Assembly (NCBI GenBank): GCA_049599895.1
Contig: JBMYPC010000110.1
Coordinates: 1 to 10,325 of the forward strand
Direction: 5' to 3'
Source: Bacteriovoracaceae bacterium
GTDB taxonomy: Bacteria > Bdellovibrionota > Bacteriovoracia > Bacteriovoracales > Bacteriovoracaceae
DNA length: 10,325 bases
The translations under genes and the position numbers were made by a program. The notes under the pieces are model-generated. The model saw only the letters and a list, made by a program, of their open reading frames with translations. It was not told the DNA's origin and made no database searches. The stretch's first letter is position 1; each line of letters opens with the position of its first letter. Positions 7,402-10,325 of the stretch are shown in pieces.

Positions 7402-7446
7402 TTGAGTACTCAAAAATTTGATAAGTCCCATCCTTTGAGAGAGAAT
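7402..7446 (+). promoter_or_regulatory. Possible sigma70-type promoter for romR with an upstream 12-bp palindrome
   Basis: TTGATA (7418-7423), 17-bp spacer, GAGAAT (7441-7446). A perfect palindrome TTGAGTACTCAA (7402-7413) sits just upstream of the -35 element, in the 79-bp intergenic gap. Confidence 0.35.
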
Positions 7447-7479
7447 AATCTGATCTTTTTTAATTCTTACGGAGAGAGA

Positions 7480-8925
7480 ATGAAGACTCGAGCATTAGTA
7501 GCGGACGATAGTTTAACAATTCAAAAAGTAATCTCAATTACCCTTGCAAATGAGTCGGTTGATATTGATCAGTGCAATACTGAGCAAGAAGCAGTTTCAA
7601 AGCTCGATGAAAAACAATATGACATCGTTTTACTCGACTATAATCTTTCAGAGAAACTCGACGGTTATGAGTTAACAAAATCCATAAAAGAGAAACTCAC
7701 AAACTCTGGTCTTTTTGTTTTGCTCGGGACTTTTGATTCAGTAAATGAAGATCAGCTTTTAGAGCATGGCGCTGATGATTTAATTGTTAAACCATTTGAA
7801 AGCTCTAAGTTTCTTAATAAGTTTAGAACCATTGTTAAAAAATATAAAAGTGATGATGAGGTCTCTGAAGAAGTGGAAGATTTAATAGAAGCAAAGAAAG
7901 AAGAAGTGTCTCTTGATATTCCAATGGATGATTCAACACCATTTCACGAGGAATTAGACAGCTGGACTACAAATGCTCCTGAAATAACTCCAACCGAAAC
8001 AGTTTCTTCCTTTAGTCTCGATGAGCTTGAACCTCTTGAAACGACTTCAGGCAATGACCTTGAGTCAGCGGCACTTGATTGGGGGATAGAGCTTCCTGGA
8101 AAAATTGAAGTTATGGGAGGAGATTCTTTTGATGACCAAAGGATGGAGCTTCCTCCAAAGATTCAATCTGAAACCATTGAAACATTTTCAGAACTTAATG
8201 AAGTTGAGGCCCAAGTTGAAACCGGAGTTGAGACAAAAATTGATCTCACGGAAGAGGCCCTTGTCATGAATGAGGCAGAAGAGGATTCTGATATTAAATA
8301 TCCTGAATCAAGTGATCTTGATTATCCTGATCTTGGCCTTGAAACGATTAGTGAAGACTCACCAACAGAAATTGTCGAAAAAGAAATGACAGAGATCTCT
8401 CTTGATTCTCTTCCGGATTCAACCACTGACGATATTCAACTTGAAGATCTTTCTCATGTAAAGGCGAGTGACAGAAGACCTGTGTTTACAAGTGCTGATG
8501 AACTCACTCTTGCCCCTCTTGAAGATTACTCTTTTGAAGAAGAAACAAAAGAGAATATTGATCGAAGTGATCTTGAAAGGGCTGTAGAGGCTGATCTTGA
8601 TCCAGAAAGTTTCTGGGAGATTGATAAAGATTCATCATCTGTAAGTTTTTCTGGAAGTCTTTCTGAGGAAAAAGAAACAATCTCACCTGGGCCTGAAGAA
8701 AGACCTGAGGTACATCAAAGTCTTGGTGAAGCTAAAGACCTTAGCTCTTTTGATGTGAGTGGTATGAGAGATGAAATTATGCTTCAGGTTGAGAAGATCA
8801 TTAAAGAGCAATGCCAAGAAGCCATTGAAAAAGTTGTTTGGGAAGTTGTTCCAGAAATTGCGGAAAGGCTTATTCAAAAAGAAATCGACTCAGTTAAGGC
8901 GTCTCAATCTCAAAAGCAGCTTTAA
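7480..8925 (+). CDS. romR: RomR-type polarity response regulator (receiver domain - long acidic linker - conserved C-terminal helix), 481 aa
   Basis: The receiver carries the RomR-characteristic LVADDSLTIQKV, phospho-acceptor D53 (IVLLD), LLGTFD and ADDLIVKPFES. The C-terminus IEKVVWEVVPEIAERLIQKEI matches the RomR C-terminal W-E-V-V-P motif as I recall it. Start reassigned from 7345 to ATG 7480, which has GGAG at 7471-7474 and begins exactly at the receiver domain. Confidence 0.85.
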   Translation: MKTRALVADDSLTIQKVISITLANESVDIDQCNTEQEAVSKLDEKQYDIVLLDYNLSEKLDGYELTKSIKEKLTNSGLFVLLGTFDSVNEDQLLEHGADDLIVKPFESSKFLNKFRTIVKKYKSDDEVSEEVEDLIEAKKEEVSLDIPMDDSTPFHEELDSWTTNAPEITPTETVSSFSLDELEPLETTSGNDLESAALDWGIELPGKIEVMGGDSFDDQRMELPPKIQSETIETFSELNEVEAQVETGVETKIDLTEEALVMNEAEEDSDIKYPESSDLDYPDLGLETISEDSPTEIVEKEMTEISLDSLPDSTTDDIQLEDLSHVKASDRRPVFTSADELTLAPLEDYSFEEETKENIDRSDLERAVEADLDPESFWEIDKDSSSVSFSGSLSEEKETISPGPEERPEVHQSLGEAKDLSSFDVSGMRDEIMLQVEKIIKEQCQEAIEKVVWEVVPEIAERLIQKEIDSVKASQSQKQL

Positions 8926-9598
8926 TTCTTAAAGTTCCAGAATAGAAACTTTCAAGAGTTTCAGGTGTTTGGATGAGAGCTTGGCCGTTCTCTCCAAGTC
9001 CTTTAAAAACTCCTTCAATCTTTGTGTCGTCATCTTCGATCAAAACTTCTTGATTAAGGTGAAGGCATCGACCTGACCAACTCTGAATGATATCTTGGCA
9101 ACGATTACTTAAACAATAATGATAAATAAGTTCGGGGATCTTTGAATAGTCTTGATCGTGGAAGTCACCAAGGTGCAAACCCGAAGAGATATCAGAAAGT
9201 TCTTTGGGTCCCTCTTCAAGATTAATTCCTATACCAACAATATACTTTCCATCGATATGATCAATTATAATGCCTCCAACCTTCTTTGCTTTCACGCAGA
9301 GAAGATCATTTGGCCACTTAAGTTTTATGGATTGCTGGTAAGTCTTCTCAAAGAATTGAGAAATGAGGACACCTATTTCAAGGGAGAGAAGTGTGGGGAT
9401 TGTAGGTGGAGTGATTGTAAAGGAAAAGCAAAGACCACTTTTTGGTTGCAGCCAACCTCGGCCACGTCTGCCATGACCATTTGTTTGCTCACTTGTGCTC
9501 ACTAAAAGATTACAATCTCGGCTAGTTAGGTCTTTAATTCTTTTTTGAATTTCGATTTGCGTCGAATCACAGCTTTGAAGATGAATATGTTCAATCAT
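8894..9598 (-). CDS. birA: Biotin--[acetyl-CoA-carboxylase] ligase, monofunctional type (no N-terminal HTH)
   Basis: Motifs DSTQ, EQTNGHGRRGRGW, KLKWPNDL, KKVGGII and GIGINL, plus a C-terminal SH3-like GVFKGLGENGQALI. The protein starts directly at the catalytic domain. AGGA lies 10 nt upstream of the ATG on the minus strand. Confidence 0.92.
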   Translation of the reverse strand: MIEHIHLQSCDSTQIEIQKRIKDLTSRDCNLLVSTSEQTNGHGRRGRGWLQPKSGLCFSFTITPPTIPTLLSLEIGVLISQFFEKTYQQSIKLKWPNDLLCVKAKKVGGIIIDHIDGKYIVGIGINLEEGPKELSDISSGLHLGDFHDQDYSKIPELIYHYCLSNRCQDIIQSWSGRCLHLNQEVLIEDDDTKIEGVFKGLGENGQALIQTPETLESFYSGTLRIKAAFEIETP

Positions 9599-9685
9599 AC
9601 AAGGCTTTTCCTTTTCTCGATGACCATGATAAATTGCCTTTTATCTTTAACATCAAAAATTTTAATTTAAAACTGCGAGGAATCT
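9599..9685. promoter_or_regulatory. Divergent birA/rph promoter region
   Basis: An 87-bp AT-rich gap between head-to-head genes should hold both promoters. Candidate minus-strand -10 TATCAT (9626-9631) with TTGATG 19 bp upstream; candidate plus-strand -35 TTGCCT (9634-9639). The exact elements are uncertain. Confidence 0.45.
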
Positions 9686-10325
9686 ATGAGCGCAATCACA
9701 CGGTCTAACCCACGAGAAATTCGATTTACGACAAATATTAATCCCTATGCCCATGGAAGTGTCATCGCGGAATTTGGAAATACCAAGGTTCATATTACGG
9801 CCACTGTTGAAGAAACGGTTCCCTCATTCTTAAAAGGCCAGGGTCAGGGATGGGTTACAGCTGAGTATTCAATGCTCCCCGGTTCAACTCATACAAGATC
9901 AAGAAGAGAGCGATCAAAAGTTGGAGGGAGAACCCAAGAAATTCAAAGATTAATTGGAAGATCACTTCGTTCTATCATCGATCTTAAGGCCCTAGGGGAG
10001 AGAAGTGTTGTCGTTGATTGCGATGTCCTCGTTGCTGATGGAGGAACTCGAACCACATCAATTTCAGGAGCATGGCTCGCTTTATCACTGGCAGTTAAAA
10101 AATTAATGGCAGATGGCCTTTTAGAAACAAATCCAATCAAAGAACAGCTTGGAGCATTAAGTATTGGAATTGATAAAAATGGAAATGTCATTGCCGATCT
10201 TAATTATGAAGAAGATTCAAGCTGTGAAACAGATATGAATATCGTTATGACAAACACTGGAAAGTTTGTAGAGATCCAAGGAACTGCCGAAGGGGAACCA
10301 TTTTCAAGAGACCTTCTCAATGACC
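9686..10325 (+). CDS. rph: Ribonuclease PH (3' end beyond the window)
   Basis: Manual translation from ATG 9686 gives [35 protein letters not shown]...[14 protein letters not shown]...[15 protein letters not shown]...[18 protein letters not shown]...[16 protein letters not shown]...EIQGTAEG, open to the window end. RBS GAGG at 9677-9680. Not in the supplied ORF track because there is no stop codon in the window. Confidence 0.96.
   Translation, partial: MSAITRSNPREIRFTTNINPYAHGSVIAEFGNTKVHITATVEETVPSFLKGQGQGWVTAEYSMLPGSTHTRSRRERSKVGGRTQEIQRLIGRSLRSIIDLKALGERSVVVDCDVLVADGGTRTTSISGAWLALSLAVKKLMADGLLETNPIKEQLGALSIGIDKNGNVIADLNYEEDSSCETDMNIVMTNTGKFVEIQGTAEGEPFSRDLLND

Noticed and set aside
7345..7479. 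45-aa N-terminal extension of the response regulator in the ORF track (start 7345)
   Set aside because: It overlaps the PP2C gene, uses a non-ATG start and has no domain-like content. ATG 7480 has a GGAG RBS and starts exactly at the receiver domain.
9455..9478. birA biotin-binding loop reads GHGRRGR instead of GRGRxGR
   Set aside because: The key Gly residues and second Arg are retained, as are KWPND and the catalytic Lys, so this is ordinary variation.
9152..9505. 117-aa + strand ORF with a CGDC..SDC Cys cluster
   Set aside because: Antisense to the conserved birA catalytic core. The Cys pattern is most simply a by-product of the birA codons.
9943..10191. 82-aa minus-strand ORF
   Set aside because: Antisense shadow of the highly conserved rph gene.
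1..10325. CRISPR arrays, tRNA/rRNA, IS elements, integrases, toxin-antitoxin or defence genes, intrinsic terminators
   Set aside because: No regularly spaced repeats, RNA-gene signatures, transposase motifs or GC hairpin plus U-tract structures were seen by eye. The window is almost entirely protein-coding with uniform composition.

Overview
AT-rich bacterial window whose gene content suggests a predatory Bdellovibrionota (Bacteriovoracia-like) or related deltaproteobacterial lineage; this taxonomy is inferred, not demonstrated. A tightly packed + strand cluster (38-7400) encodes six proteins: a TadC/T2SSF pilus-platform protein with an unusual N-terminal signal peptide and Cys-rich (3x C-X7-C) exported domain; a DUF192 protein; three membrane-anchored FHA proteins (FHA-TM-Cache-like-TM-HAMP-PAS with no catalytic output, FHA-TM-TPR, and FHA-acidic IDR-FHA-TM-TPR/coiled coil); and a degenerate PP2C-fold phosphatase. 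It is followed on the same strand by a RomR-type polarity response regulator (probable start 7480), a convergent and overlapping biotin-protein ligase (birA, no HTH), and RNase PH (rph), divergent from birA, which is cut off by the window end and absent from the supplied ORF track. No RNA genes, CRISPR arrays or mobile elements were seen. The main candidate system is a Tad-pilus-linked, trans-envelope phosphothreonine reader/eraser module next to the cell-pole regulator RomR, resembling the Tad-like Kil predation apparatus.
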